NCBI GenBank assembly: GCA_036443915.1
Contig: JAZFZJ010000041.1
Coordinates: forward strand, 1 to 38,775
Source: Nitrospirales bacterium
Lineage (GTDB): Bacteria > Nitrospirota > Nitrospiria > Nitrospirales > UBA8639
Reading direction: 5' to 3'
Length of the DNA stretch: 38,775 bases
Below the pieces are notes generated by a model. The model was given only the letters and a program-made list of their open reading frames with translations. It searched no databases and was not told the DNA's origin. A program made the position numbers and the translations under genes. Below are positions 1-10,288 of this stretch, piece after piece. Within the stretch, counting starts at the first letter, position 1. Every line of letters begins with the position of its first letter.

Positions 1-264
1 TGCATCCATACGATTTCCATTAGAGAAGATCGCCTGCTGGAACAATATCTCCAGCAATCCGTCATGGATACCACTCCCCTACCCCAATGGAAAAAGAATA
101 CGCATTTACACAAATTCTTGGAGTCCTACCGGCATGGCGACTTCTACCACTTTCCCAATTCCTACTGGCTCATTTTGAGTGTTCCGGAGTCGGCCGGAAA
201 CGAAGGAAGACATCGTCTACAGCGCTATCTCAAGCCAGTAACATCAACTCAACTTTCTTCCTAA
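1..264 (+). CDS. C-terminal part of a protein of unknown function (5'-truncated by window edge)
   Basis: Frame +1 is open from base 1 to TAA at 262-264 (CIHTISIREDRLLEQYLQQSVMDTTPLPQW...LSS*), so the 64..264 ORF is probably the tail of a longer gene; family not recognised. Confidence 0.55.
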   Translation, partial: CIHTISIREDRLLEQYLQQSVMDTTPLPQWKKNTHLHKFLESYRHGDFYHFPNSYWLILSVPESAGNEGRHRLQRYLKPVTSTQLSS

Positions 265-617
265 AAAATTCTTTTGGTAAGGAGTATGGATTCTAACCCC
301 ACAATAAACAGGGAAGTGTATTTTAGAAAAACACGGTTTCTGAATACTGCTCACGGCAAACCCACTACTTCAAATTCTGAGTCACAAAGCCACTCTACCC
401 ACTCCATTGGGATTTCCGGACCTTGGCCGACCTTTTCAAAAATAATATTAATCTTGTCGAGCAACTTCCAACCCACTTGACTCTATCATCACCCAATCTT
501 TGGGTCATTCTGCATTGACCAATTTCCTCCAGTTATGAGACATTCAGAATCAAGTTTTTTTATGTCCCTATTGAGGGCAGCGTTCAAAAACTCTTCTCAT
601 TGAAGGAGCACCAGTTC

Positions 618-2291
618 ATGTCAGAAACACTGAAGAAAAATAGCTTGGCCCTGACGGAAGGGCCTGATCGCGCCCCCGCGCGCGCCATGCTCCGGGCGGT
701 CGGTCTCACCGATGAGGATTTCACCCGACCCCTGATCGCTGTCGCGAACACCTGGTCCGAAGTCACGCCCTGTAATTATCATCTGCGAGATCTCGCAACC
801 AGCGTAAAACAAGGGATCCGGGAGGCAGGCGGAACGCCGATCGAATTCAACACGATCGTCGTGTCAGACGGCATCAGTATGGGCACCGAGGGCATGAAAG
901 CCTCCCTCATTAGCCGTGAAATCATAGCGGATTCGATCGAATTGACCGTTCGAGGGCATCTCTTTGACGGGGTGATTGCCCTATCTGGTTGCGACAAAAC
1001 CATCCCGGGGTGCGTCATGGCCCTGGCTCGGCTTAATCTCCCTTCAATCATGCTCTATGGCGGCTCGATTATGCCCGGGGAATTTCATGGAAAACCAGTG
1101 TCTATTCAAGACGTTTTTGAGGCCGTGGGCTCCCATGCCCGTGGCACCATGACAACGGAAGAATTGACGGAATTGGAGCGCAAAGCCTGTCCGGGGGCTG
1201 GGGCCTGCGGTGGTCAATTTACGGCCAATACTATGGCCATTGCGTTCGAATTTTTGGGCATTTCCCCACTGGGCTTTAATGGTGTTCCTGCTCTCGACCC
1301 CAAGAAGCACCAGATCGCCAAGGATTGTGGATCCCTCTTACTTAACCTCCTTAAGAAGGACATCCGCCCACGGGATATCATCACGCGCCCAGCTCTGGAA
1401 AATGCCATTGCCGCCATTGCGACCACCGGCGGCTCAACCAATGGTGTCCTACACCTCTTAGCCATTGCCCATGAGATGAACCTGCCATTAAGTATCGATG
1501 ATTTTGATTCGATTAATCGCCAAATACCCCTCCTCGCTGACTTGAAACCTGGAGGGAAATTTATGGCGGCGGATCTCTATCAGGCAGGGGGGACACCCCT
1601 CGTGGCCAAATGGCTCTTAGATGCTGGCTACCTTCATGGCACCCAAATGACGGTGACTGGCCGTACGTTGGCTGAAGAAGCCGCCACGGCCAAGGAAACT
1701 TCCGGTCAACAAGTGCTGCACCCCGTGGCTCAACCCATTAAACCGACTGGAGGACTGGTCGTCCTGAAAGGCAATCTTGCTCCGGAGGGCTGTGTGGTGA
1801 AAGTCGCAGGACATGCCAAAACCTCCCACCGTGGGGCAGCTAAAGTGTTCGATACTGAGGGTGAAGCATTTCGAGCTGTTCAGCAGGGAGAAATTGTGGA
1901 CGGGGATGTTGTGGTCATCCGTTATGAAGGGCCACAAGGGGGGCCGGGGATGCGGGAGATGTTGGGAGTCACGAGTGCGATTGTCGGAGCTGGACTTGGC
2001 GAATCGGTGGCTCTTCTAACAGATGGCCGATTTTCTGGGGCCACGCATGGCTTAATGGCAGGACATGTGGCACCCGAAGCAGCCAAAGGTGGGCCGATTG
2101 CTGCCGTTCAAAATGGCGATATGATTCAATTCGATATTCCCAACCGTCGATTGGATGTGGACCTGTCCGACGACGAAATTCAAGGTAGGTTATCCACCTG
2201 GACAGCACCCACACCCAACTATACCACTGGCGTCATGGCCAAGTACGCGAAGCTCGTCTCATCGGCTTCACAAGGAGCCGTCACGAGCTAA
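618..2291 (+). CDS. ilvD: Dihydroxy-acid dehydratase
   Basis: IlvD motifs TPCN, DGISMGTEGM, GCDKT, GACGGQFTANTM, GGSTN, YEGPxGGPGMREM, TDGRFSG; ATG at 618 follows AAGGAG RBS (preferred to TTG at 600). Confidence 0.97.
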   Translation: MSETLKKNSLALTEGPDRAPARAMLRAVGLTDEDFTRPLIAVANTWSEVTPCNYHLRDLATSVKQGIREAGGTPIEFNTIVVSDGISMGTEGMKASLISREIIADSIELTVRGHLFDGVIALSGCDKTIPGCVMALARLNLPSIMLYGGSIMPGEFHGKPVSIQDVFEAVGSHARGTMTTEELTELERKACPGAGACGGQFTANTMAIAFEFLGISPLGFNGVPALDPKKHQIAKDCGSLLLNLLKKDIRPRDIITRPALENAIAAIATTGGSTNGVLHLLAIAHEMNLPLSIDDFDSINRQIPLLADLKPGGKFMAADLYQAGGTPLVAKWLLDAGYLHGTQMTVTGRTLAEEAATAKETSGQQVLHPVAQPIKPTGGLVVLKGNLAPEGCVVKVAGHAKTSHRGAAKVFDTEGEAFRAVQQGEIVDGDVVVIRYEGPQGGPGMREMLGVTSAIVGAGLGESVALLTDGRFSGATHGLMAGHVAPEAAKGGPIAAVQNGDMIQFDIPNRRLDVDLSDDEIQGRLSTWTAPTPNYTTGVMAKYAKLVSSASQGAVTS

Positions 2292-2315
2292 CCGTTCCCT
2301 CTCAACAGATTTCCA

Positions 2316-3575
2316 CTATTTTTTCAGGATAACGTTCGTTTTCTTTTGGGAAATTTGAACGGTTTGAAACGCCCGATCCTTTTCACCCAAGGAGGCTTCT
2401 TCTTTGACGGTTGCCAGAAATTTCTGGGGCCCATGGATAGGCGCATAGGTCAGTGTGACCACCACATCCATTGATGGGGCATCTTTTGGAGTAGGGAAGG
2501 TGAACGTTTCAATTCGGGTTTCGTCTGGCTGAAGGAGCGTATCTTTCAACACTTTTTTTGCCTCAAAATCAAAGACGGTTTCTTTCCCTTCCGCACTGCC
2601 AAAGACCCGCTCGTAAAATCGCTGTTCGTTATAGACCTTTTTTAAATTTTTTCCATAAATGGAGAGGTCCAGCACCACACGCGACCACCCTGGATGCGGT
2701 AAAGGCAAATTATGTGGGACCAGACTCTCGATGGTCACTTCCACATGCGATGTATTTCCCTTGACGGTGGTGGAAAAGTCCAGGACGACGGCTTCCGCAC
2801 GGACCTTACCAAAGCGACCCGGAAAACTATGATTGGCAATCTTTCGAATTTTTTCTCCATTAGCTGATTCATCTACCGCTTCCGGCATATGACAGGCTTG
2901 GCAAGGCTTGCCGCTGGTTTCCGCTTTGGACTTTTCCCACGAACCCAGCCAAAGAGGGAGATTCTTCGAGGTCTGTGCTGTCACGGGAAGGGAGTCATGG
3001 CAGGTCACACACAACCGAGATTCTCGATAAAGGTCAAGTTTTTGGGATTGATGCGCCAAATTATGGGCGGCCTTATCATATCCCCCAAATACCGTCTTTC
3101 CTAATTGGAATGAAGGCATGGGTGGATGTAACTTCGAATTGACATCTTGAATAAGGTGGCATTGAGGGCATCCGACACCATCCATATGAGGATCCTTGGA
3201 TTGCACCTCCTCGATAAACTGAGGCAACAATTCCCCATATTCCAAAATATGCGGTGCGTGACAACGAAAACACATCGCCTGGTCTTTTTCATCTGCATTG
3301 GACAGGAAACGATCAAGAGTAATACGAAAAGGCGCAGAGACAATGGATCGGGATTGAGCCGAAGCCTCCCATTCTTCGAAGACCCGAAGATGACAGCGCT
3401 TGCATTTTTCGGAACTAGGGAACGATTTTCCTAACGGTTTTTTCCCTGAGGATTTATCGGCCGCGAAGGACTTATAAGGCATACCCATGAACAGAAACCC
3501 CACCATCATGCTCATAAAAAAAATTTCCATCATCCCTGACCAAGGAGTGGTTGAGGGAATATTCGTTCTGCTCAT
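2316..3575 (-). CDS. Exported pentaheme cytochrome c (c554/c552-like multiheme domain plus C-terminal beta domain)
   Basis: Five CxxCH (CKRCH, CFRCH, CPQCH, CVTCH, CQACH); hydrophobic N-terminal signal/anchor. Confidence 0.9.
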   Translation of the reverse strand: MSRTNIPSTTPWSGMMEIFFMSMMVGFLFMGMPYKSFAADKSSGKKPLGKSFPSSEKCKRCHLRVFEEWEASAQSRSIVSAPFRITLDRFLSNADEKDQAMCFRCHAPHILEYGELLPQFIEEVQSKDPHMDGVGCPQCHLIQDVNSKLHPPMPSFQLGKTVFGGYDKAAHNLAHQSQKLDLYRESRLCVTCHDSLPVTAQTSKNLPLWLGSWEKSKAETSGKPCQACHMPEAVDESANGEKIRKIANHSFPGRFGKVRAEAVVLDFSTTVKGNTSHVEVTIESLVPHNLPLPHPGWSRVVLDLSIYGKNLKKVYNEQRFYERVFGSAEGKETVFDFEAKKVLKDTLLQPDETRIETFTFPTPKDAPSMDVVVTLTYAPIHGPQKFLATVKEEASLGEKDRAFQTVQISQKKTNVILKK

Positions 3576-3620
3576 CAGGAAATCCTTTGGTGCGTAAAAA
3601 ATGTGAGAAACTCGGACGGG

Positions 3621-4949
3621 TTATAAGTTCATGGTACGAAAGGTCAAAAGCCGAGGAGAAGAATAATCTTTAATAATGCCTTCTGCCGTTTCCCGGTCTT
3701 TATCCGAAGAAAGCGTTTCCAAATATTGTGATTTCAATTCTTGGGTAGGTTCAGGAATGAGAGCATAACTCACCGAAGCCTCAAGCAATAGGCCTTCAGC
3801 ATCTTGGGGTGCTTTCAAGCGAAAGGCAATATGACGAGTTGTCCCCCCATTAACCAATGGTCGAGGAATCGGACCACGCAAGAGCTCATCAAATGTCTTG
3901 CCAAATCGCTCTTGCGATTGATCCAATATGTTACCGCCTTGGTCTTTCAGGATGATGGTCACAAAAAATTGCTTTAAGACCGGATCTCCGCCAGGAAACG
4001 TGTGCGGCAATGCTCCATTTCGAACAAGGACCTCGCCTTCAACCACCCCTTGGCTCTTTTTCGCCTCAATATCGACCCTGGAAAACCATTCTGCTTGTAA
4101 ATTTCTATTGCTCAACATAATTCCTGGAATCACAATGCCTTGAAACCAATGCCGCCCGATAGGCCGCGTTAAGGCCCCGCGTTGCGAGGTTGAACTCCCT
4201 GTGGAGCGCTCCATATGACAATCCTGACAAATGGTCCCTTTGAGAATTTCCCCAGGAATATCTGTCCGTGTCACATCTTTGACCTTCCCAAAATGACAGG
4301 AGGCGCAATAATTAGCTCCTCGAAAGATCTCCGCTTTTTCCGATGGATGAACCAAATTTTCGTCCGGTTCCGCATAGGATCCATACAGGGTAGGACCAGC
4401 GGTGATTTTAAAGGTCGGGTGACCATAGGAATTGTCCTGAGTCCCCGTGATTAAATGACAGGCGCTGCAGCTGATCCCTTCCACCTTGACATGCTTCTTC
4501 CCTTTCATCACCTGCGCAATAATCCGATCGGTATGCTGAGGAAAGACGGTAACGGATGGCACGTGGCATGACAGGCACCGCGTTCGTTGTTCGGAGTCCG
4601 GCTTGGTTTGTAGCCACAGGCCCAAAACGGTCCGAAACACCGGGGAGGTCAGCGCCGTCCCATGAAGAAGCGCCCCATCCACCCGACCGAAGGTTTTGAG
4701 GTCCATGGTTTGCTCACGCATCCCCTTCCATTCTTCATAATGCCGGTCATGACATTGCTTGCATTGTTCTGAGGGAATAAATATTTTTTCAATTTCTTCA
4801 ATCCAGCTGTCTTCTCCCTCACCTGTTTCAGTAGCGGCTTGGGCCCAGACCACTCCCGAAAGACCCACTGCGCCGATCAACAAGCCAAGAAGAAACAGAA
4901 CCGTGTACCACCGTATTTGAATAAAGGATGCGTTCATGGCCTCAGACAT
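3621..4949 (-). CDS. Exported pentaheme cytochrome c, paralog of neighbour
   Basis: Five CxxCH (CKQCH, CLSCH, CSACH, CASCH, CQDCH); signal peptide ending VWA-QA; similar motif layout to 2316..3575. Confidence 0.9.
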   Translation of the reverse strand: MSEAMNASFIQIRWYTVLFLLGLLIGAVGLSGVVWAQAATETGEGEDSWIEEIEKIFIPSEQCKQCHDRHYEEWKGMREQTMDLKTFGRVDGALLHGTALTSPVFRTVLGLWLQTKPDSEQRTRCLSCHVPSVTVFPQHTDRIIAQVMKGKKHVKVEGISCSACHLITGTQDNSYGHPTFKITAGPTLYGSYAEPDENLVHPSEKAEIFRGANYCASCHFGKVKDVTRTDIPGEILKGTICQDCHMERSTGSSTSQRGALTRPIGRHWFQGIVIPGIMLSNRNLQAEWFSRVDIEAKKSQGVVEGEVLVRNGALPHTFPGGDPVLKQFFVTIILKDQGGNILDQSQERFGKTFDELLRGPIPRPLVNGGTTRHIAFRLKAPQDAEGLLLEASVSYALIPEPTQELKSQYLETLSSDKDRETAEGIIKDYSSPRLLTFRTMNL

Positions 4950-5423
4950 TTAATCTTGAAGGATTCTCACAAAATGAAAGTTCAATCCACCCGTTAACCC
5001 TTGATCACTAGCATTTGCCGGTTCATAGGTGGCTACAGAAAAATTCTTGGTGGGCAGCGTTTTTTCCAAGGCCTTTCCCAAATCGATTAAGGTACGAATT
5101 TCATATTTATCCACTTCCTTAATCACGGCTTTGACTTTGACCCCAGCCAATTCCGCAGGTGACCCCCCAATCACGGCAAAGACCACCACACCCTCAGCCT
5201 TGGTTAATCCGAGAATTTCTTGAATCTCCTTATCGACCTCCCCGACATCGACTCCAAACTGTTCCGCAAGGTCCAAAGCTCTCTCTTCCGTCATTTGTCC
5301 ATTGGCAGATTGAGCCAAGCCTGTTGATTGGGTCAGGCCTACCCCAATCCCCAAACACCAAATAGCCACGAAAAAATACATTGTCCTAGAAAGAATCCTA
5401 TGAGCCATGAGACTATCTTTCAT
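4950..5423 (-). CDS. Periplasmic stand-alone PDZ-domain protein
   Basis: Signal peptide; PDZ-like GVVVFAVIGGSPAELAGVK; 4-bp ATGA overlap with upstream gene and abuts downstream gene. Confidence 0.75.
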   Translation of the reverse strand: MKDSLMAHRILSRTMYFFVAIWCLGIGVGLTQSTGLAQSANGQMTEERALDLAEQFGVDVGEVDKEIQEILGLTKAEGVVVFAVIGGSPAELAGVKVKAVIKEVDKYEIRTLIDLGKALEKTLPTKNFSVATYEPANASDQGLTGGLNFHFVRILQD

Positions 5424-6310
5424 GAAGACGGTGAAGGTGATGGAATTCTTGAAGCCTTCATAGGAGGCATGACCGGATCAATTTGCAATTGCATCCATGA
5501 GGCGACGGCTTTTTGCCCATTGCGTTCTTTATTCTCACCATTCCAAACAGCAAAGGCCACCGCCTGCAATCTTCCAGGAACCAGCCTCGCTTCGTTATCA
5601 AGATCATCCCCCTTCACGGTTAATGGTCGTTTCATGACAACCCGCCACAATCCACGTTTCCACTCAGCTTGCCCCTTCACTCGGCCCTGTTGTTTTTTAC
5701 TCGTCAGGGTACTAAATCCCCCTCCAATGAGGTCTTCTACGGAAGAGGGTCGACGGGGAATCACTTCAAAGCGACGCGGGCCCTTTCGTTTCCGTCTTGA
5801 TTCTTTGGCACGGGCAGCACGGCGGTCCACATCGCTTTGCCAATCGGCTTTCCAATGCCAAATATTCACATAATGATCGAGTTGGCCCATGCAAAAAAAG
5901 GCCGGAGCGTTTCCTAGGGGTAGGGCCACAGCAGCCCCATCTCTGAACACTCCAGGGGTCAAGGTTTCATTCTTGGTGGCATCTTCCCATTCCATGAGAA
6001 ACGCGACTTCTTTCCCATTATGGATCGAACGGATGGACAAGGCCTGAGCACTCGGTGCCGGCCACACAGGGCGGGTAATAATTTGGCCACTCAGTGGAAT
6101 CGTGAGAGGAGCTACGGTTTCCCAGGCCGGATCAGCAGGATGTGAAGGCACAGTGCCTTCTTGAAAATAGGCCCGAACCACCATACCTTGTGAACTCACC
6201 AACGGGACTTGATACCAGGTCAACCCCAAGAGCACCGCCAGGCCCATGGTCCCCCACAGCCACAAGGTCTGCCTCCCCATTGTCGTTATCTTCCTGAGTT
6301 CTTTACTCAA
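5420..6310 (-). CDS. Ethylbenzene dehydrogenase gamma-like (EB_dh/DOMON) heme b protein, candidate NXR gamma subunit
   Basis: FRDGAAV, FCMGQ (Met ligand), VNIWHWKADWQ, VAFAVWNGENKERNGQK (Lys ligand); N-terminal hydrophobic segment; start (TTG 6310 vs ATG of MGRQ) uncertain. Confidence 0.85.
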   Translation of the reverse strand: MSKELRKITTMGRQTLWLWGTMGLAVLLGLTWYQVPLVSSQGMVVRAYFQEGTVPSHPADPAWETVAPLTIPLSGQIITRPVWPAPSAQALSIRSIHNGKEVAFLMEWEDATKNETLTPGVFRDGAAVALPLGNAPAFFCMGQLDHYVNIWHWKADWQSDVDRRAARAKESRRKRKGPRRFEVIPRRPSSVEDLIGGGFSTLTSKKQQGRVKGQAEWKRGLWRVVMKRPLTVKGDDLDNEARLVPGRLQAVAFAVWNGENKERNGQKAVASWMQLQIDPVMPPMKASRIPSPSPSS

Positions 6311-6584
6311 ACTGAAGAGCCCCCACCATATCTTTTTTGAATATTACATCTGACAATGAAACAAGATTATTCCAAATTACATGACCAACGAAAAACAAAA
6401 ATATTCACCAATGTGCAAACCGTCATTCCATCTTATCATGTTCAAGTGGCAGGGCGTTTACTCCAAGTGAGGATACGCCAGAAAAGAGGTGGGACCATGG
6501 CAGTGGCATGGGAAAGGGAGATTTCACGGAAGCGAAGGACGAGTCAGCTCTCGTTACCACATCAAACGAAATTGGGCTATTTGG

Positions 6585-7856
6585 TCATTCAAGGGGGCTG
6601 GATGGTCCCAATTTCACCCGTCGAATTTTATTTTCATTACGCTCACAAATATATAAATACCCTTGGGCATCCAAGGTCAGCCCAGCAGGAGTGTTCACGA
6701 TCGCCTCGGTGGCAATCAAACCATCCCCATGCTTCAGCATGCTTGCGTCTTCTTTGGCGACAAAGCGAGCGGCTCCACAGCCACCCATATTTTTATCATC
6801 ATAGCCACTATCTCCATTTCCTACGATAGTGGTGATAATGCCGGTTTGACCATCCACCTTCCGAATTCTGTGGTTCATGGAATCCGAAATGTACACATTG
6901 CCTTCCCAATCCACGACCGCACCCTCGGGAACATTGAGCATGGATTTCACTGCCAATTTTCCATCGCCATCATAGCCATATCGGCAGACACCGGCCACGG
7001 TAGACATCTCCCCGGTTTTCATGTCCATTTTCCTGATTCGATTGGTGCCTTTATCCGTAATATAGAGATCCCCCTCTTGATCGATATCAAGATCAACAAC
7101 GTCGTACAACTTACACTCCAGAGCTGGTTTCCCATCATCAAGATATAGAGACAAATCTAGCCCATCGGAACACTTCGGACGCAACAACCCTTCGTCGTTA
7201 CTAAAATCAATCCCAATCGCATCACCAGACAACACGATTAAGTTTTGCGCGGTCAGCGGACTGATTCGCTCATCATCTTCCTCAGTCCAACACCCCGCAA
7301 TGGTAGTGACCAATTTCGTTTGGGGATCGTATTTACGAATGCGGTGAGCTTGCGTATCGGCAATATACAACTGGTCATGCTCGTCAATCGCAATGGCCGC
7401 AGGATAGGTTAAATTGCACTCCAACGCGGGACCATCCCCATTAAATCCCCATTGGCCTGTTCCAACAATCGTGGTGATGATGCCTGATTTTGCATCAATT
7501 TTTCGAATCCGATTACTTCCGGAATCACAGATATACACATTATTTTGTGAATCACACAACACATCTAACGGAAGGTACAGCCCCGCTTCCCCACAGGGAC
7601 CATAATCACCGCTATAACAGGTCTCACCAGTCCCCGAAAAATTATGCAAAAGACCAGTTTCCATATCCACTCGCCGAACTCGGTCAGAACCGCATTCGGC
7701 AATGTATAAATACCCCCCGTCCCGATCAACCGTTACATGGTTCGGAAGAGGAATGCCAGCCTTTATGGCTCGTTTTCCATCTCCCGTACTACGAGACTTT
7801 CCATTGCCTGCAAATGTCTCAATCGCTCCGCTTTCGATTACTGCCTCTGTAGTCAT
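6585..7856 (-). CDS. NHL-repeat beta-propeller protein, cytoplasmic, Cys-rich
   Basis: Repeated P.x.D..G.LYI.D...RIRK.D..G.ITT..G.G..G..GDG units; no signal peptide. Confidence 0.88.
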   Translation of the reverse strand: MTTEAVIESGAIETFAGNGKSRSTGDGKRAIKAGIPLPNHVTVDRDGGYLYIAECGSDRVRRVDMETGLLHNFSGTGETCYSGDYGPCGEAGLYLPLDVLCDSQNNVYICDSGSNRIRKIDAKSGIITTIVGTGQWGFNGDGPALECNLTYPAAIAIDEHDQLYIADTQAHRIRKYDPQTKLVTTIAGCWTEEDDERISPLTAQNLIVLSGDAIGIDFSNDEGLLRPKCSDGLDLSLYLDDGKPALECKLYDVVDLDIDQEGDLYITDKGTNRIRKMDMKTGEMSTVAGVCRYGYDGDGKLAVKSMLNVPEGAVVDWEGNVYISDSMNHRIRKVDGQTGIITTIVGNGDSGYDDKNMGGCGAARFVAKEDASMLKHGDGLIATEAIVNTPAGLTLDAQGYLYICERNENKIRRVKLGPSSPLE

Positions 7857-7931
7857 ACAAATATTCCCTTTTTAAATTTAAACAATCTTACTCGTTAGGA
7901 CCTGCGCTTTTTGAACTTCGTGTCGATTCCC

Positions 7932-8255
7932 TTAAACTTTTGATGGGGCAGCGACAGGTTCTGGCGTCACGGTATGCGTCGCATCCGGTTGAGCCTGTCC
8001 GACATTGTCAACGGAAGCCGCTTGAACAGGTTGCGGAATTTGCGGAAGCACCCCCGGTTGACCAGGCCCCGAAGCATCCGCGCCTTGGGCCTGAGGATCG
8101 ACATTAAAGGCTTCCGCTTCCTGAATCGATTTCTTAAACCCCTTAATGGCTTTTCCGACCCCTTCACCCAATTGCGGCAATTTTCCTGCTCCAAAAATGA
8201 TTAAGACAATCACCAAAATGAGAATCAATTCTGTAAACCCTAAACTTCCAAACAT
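7932..8255 (-). CDS. tatA: Twin-arginine translocase subunit TatA/E
   Basis: [42 protein letters not shown]; AAGGAG RBS; Pro/Gln/Ala-rich tail. Confidence 0.95.
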   Translation of the reverse strand: MFGSLGFTELILILVIVLIIFGAGKLPQLGEGVGKAIKGFKKSIQEAEAFNVDPQAQGADASGPGQPGVLPQIPQPVQAASVDNVGQAQPDATHTVTPEPVAAPSKV

Positions 8256-8270
8256 GGTAAAGCTCCTTGT

Positions 8271-9095
8271 TTAGGCTATCACTTTTTTTCCCGATTCACG
8301 GGAACGTTTGCTAAAACGCTCTTTTAGACGGTTACGCGTCGCTTCAGCTTGATCAAACATCTTACATTTTTCATAGGTATTGATAAGATTGTAGTAGGCT
8401 AACGGTTCATCCGGATTATTGTCGACCGCATCTTCCATGACTTTGACTGCGATATCTGGTTTCTTTAGATTTAAGGCCATTTCCATGAGCTTAAAACTCG
8501 ACTCAAGATGGTTTGGGTCGAACTGCAACACTTTCATATACGCCTGCATCGACATATCCAGCGTATTAAAATCGGAGACCTTGGGGTCATCCAATTTTTC
8601 ATAGACCCCCGCCAAATTATACCAAGCAATGGGGTCCTCTGGTGAAATCTCTATCAATCGCTCAAAATATTCTTTGGCCCCTATATAGTCGCCTTTATCA
8701 TTATATAACCGCCCTACATTAAAGAGGGCCAGGACATCATAGGCATTTAATTCCAACGCCCGTTTAAATTGCTCCGTTGCCTCTTCCAACATACCTTTGG
8801 TTCCATAAATCGTCCCGAGATTGGAGTAGTACATGGCCAGAGACCGATCCATTTCTACTCGAAGGCCTTCAGCCATCTCGATAGATTTTTTCACTTCGGC
8901 AAGCGCTTCATCCATTCGTCCCTTGTTAAAATAGAGTTCACCGAGACGACACCTTGCCTGAAAGTCATCTGGCTCTTCGCCCAAAAGTTTTTCAAGTTCT
9001 GCAATTTCTTCATCAACAGTTAAGGGCCGTTCTTCCGTCGTCACGTCACTCGACTGTGGCTCCATCGTTTGACTTCCTGCGCTGTGTTCTTCCAT
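8271..9095 (-). CDS. Tetratricopeptide repeat protein
   Basis: Multiple TPR units (YYSNLGTIYGTKG, ALFNVGRLYNDKG, AWYNLAGVY, AYYNLINTY); no signal peptide. Confidence 0.9.
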   Translation of the reverse strand: MEEHSAGSQTMEPQSSDVTTEERPLTVDEEIAELEKLLGEEPDDFQARCRLGELYFNKGRMDEALAEVKKSIEMAEGLRVEMDRSLAMYYSNLGTIYGTKGMLEEATEQFKRALELNAYDVLALFNVGRLYNDKGDYIGAKEYFERLIEISPEDPIAWYNLAGVYEKLDDPKVSDFNTLDMSMQAYMKVLQFDPNHLESSFKLMEMALNLKKPDIAVKVMEDAVDNNPDEPLAYYNLINTYEKCKMFDQAEATRNRLKERFSKRSRESGKKVIA

Positions 9096-9110
9096 TGTAA
9101 ATTATCCTAC

Positions 9111-10223
9111 CTAGTGAGTTTGCCCGTAAACGGGTCGAATCGATTGATAGAGAAGTCCGTCCTGTATTTTCTTCCGATACTTTCCTAAAGTGCCTCGTTT
9201 ATCAATATTTAATAACATTAACCCAAGCACCACCATCAAGGTCAAATGGGATAATTGGAGGGCATACCCAGCCATAAACATCAGGCCTAACCCATAGCCA
9301 GCCAGTCGACCGATTAGGACCAATTTAATGACGGTATAAGCCCAACAGGTGAAACCTGCAACATAAAACGCAAAGGGGAGATAAAAGGTGTAGCCCATCC
9401 CCATCTGGAAAATCCACCCAATTCCCTCACCAGCCTTCCTCACTTCTAAGGCCACCTCAGGATCCCAGAGAAAAAGAAAATAATCCATGAATAGGAGGAG
9501 AAGAAAGACCCCTCCACCACTAAACAACAAGGTGAGTCCCCATCGTCGTTGTTGCTTGTTTTTGGTAAAAATCGAGGTGCTGCCATAGGCCCAAAAGACC
9601 AAAATACTTGACAGAACCATCAAGGCCTCCCCTATCCGGTTAGCCGCATGCACCAAGGGTGGGGCATCAAGAATATTAAGGTACCCGTAGGTTGTGGACA
9701 TCGTTTGATAGTAGAGCCACCCACTTACTCCCAGAAAAAAGATGCCCACCATGAGCCGTTGGCTCAATAACCGATGTGCCCCCCAGTATTCCGCCACGAG
9801 AAACACCAACAACCCAAAGACTAAAATGTTATAGATCACTGATCCCAGCATGGCTGGTGGGAAAAACAGGTATCCAATCGTACAGGCAATTAAGAGGGCA
9901 ACCAAGGGAATGACGGCCTTGTCCCATGGCCCCACCCAAAGTTTGGTCCGCATTTTTTGAAGGAGCAAAATTCCCAAAATGAGAAAAACCAAAATAGCGG
10001 TCATATTTAACAGCACGAAACCCATGGAAGACAGCGTTTGAAATCCAAGCCGGACCGCTTCATATTTTTCCGCTAATTTCCCTAAATGCATTCCCAACCT
10101 GGAAACTAACCGATACAGAACTAACTCAAAAAAGGCGGCAAAGAGCAGACTCTTCAAGCCCCATTCAAAAAGAAGACCCGGATGATCAATTTGGTCAACT
10201 ATTTTATTCGTTGCTGCAATCAT
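9111..10223 (-). CDS. Polytopic integral membrane protein of unknown function
   Basis: About 9-11 hydrophobic segments by eye; co-oriented and closely spaced with flanking genes. Confidence 0.8.
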   Translation of the reverse strand: MIAATNKIVDQIDHPGLLFEWGLKSLLFAAFFELVLYRLVSRLGMHLGKLAEKYEAVRLGFQTLSSMGFVLLNMTAILVFLILGILLLQKMRTKLWVGPWDKAVIPLVALLIACTIGYLFFPPAMLGSVIYNILVFGLLVFLVAEYWGAHRLLSQRLMVGIFFLGVSGWLYYQTMSTTYGYLNILDAPPLVHAANRIGEALMVLSSILVFWAYGSTSIFTKNKQQRRWGLTLLFSGGGVFLLLLFMDYFLFLWDPEVALEVRKAGEGIGWIFQMGMGYTFYLPFAFYVAGFTCWAYTVIKLVLIGRLAGYGLGLMFMAGYALQLSHLTLMVVLGLMLLNIDKRGTLGKYRKKIQDGLLYQSIRPVYGQTH

Positions 10224-10288
10224 ATCAAGCCATTTGTTGAATTGACAAACCGATTTTGGAGAGAAACCCCTTGCATCAAAGCGTCCTC

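Noticed and set aside
274-480. 68-aa ORF upstream of ilvD as a leader/attenuator peptide
   Set aside because: Not enriched in tandem Ile/Leu/Val codons, and no terminator/antiterminator pair seen
6311-6584. Possible sigma54 promoter or ncRNA in intergenic regions
   Set aside because: No convincing TGGCAC-N5-TTGC site or recognisable RNA family seen by eye here or in other spacers; a PWM or covariance-model scan is needed to exclude them
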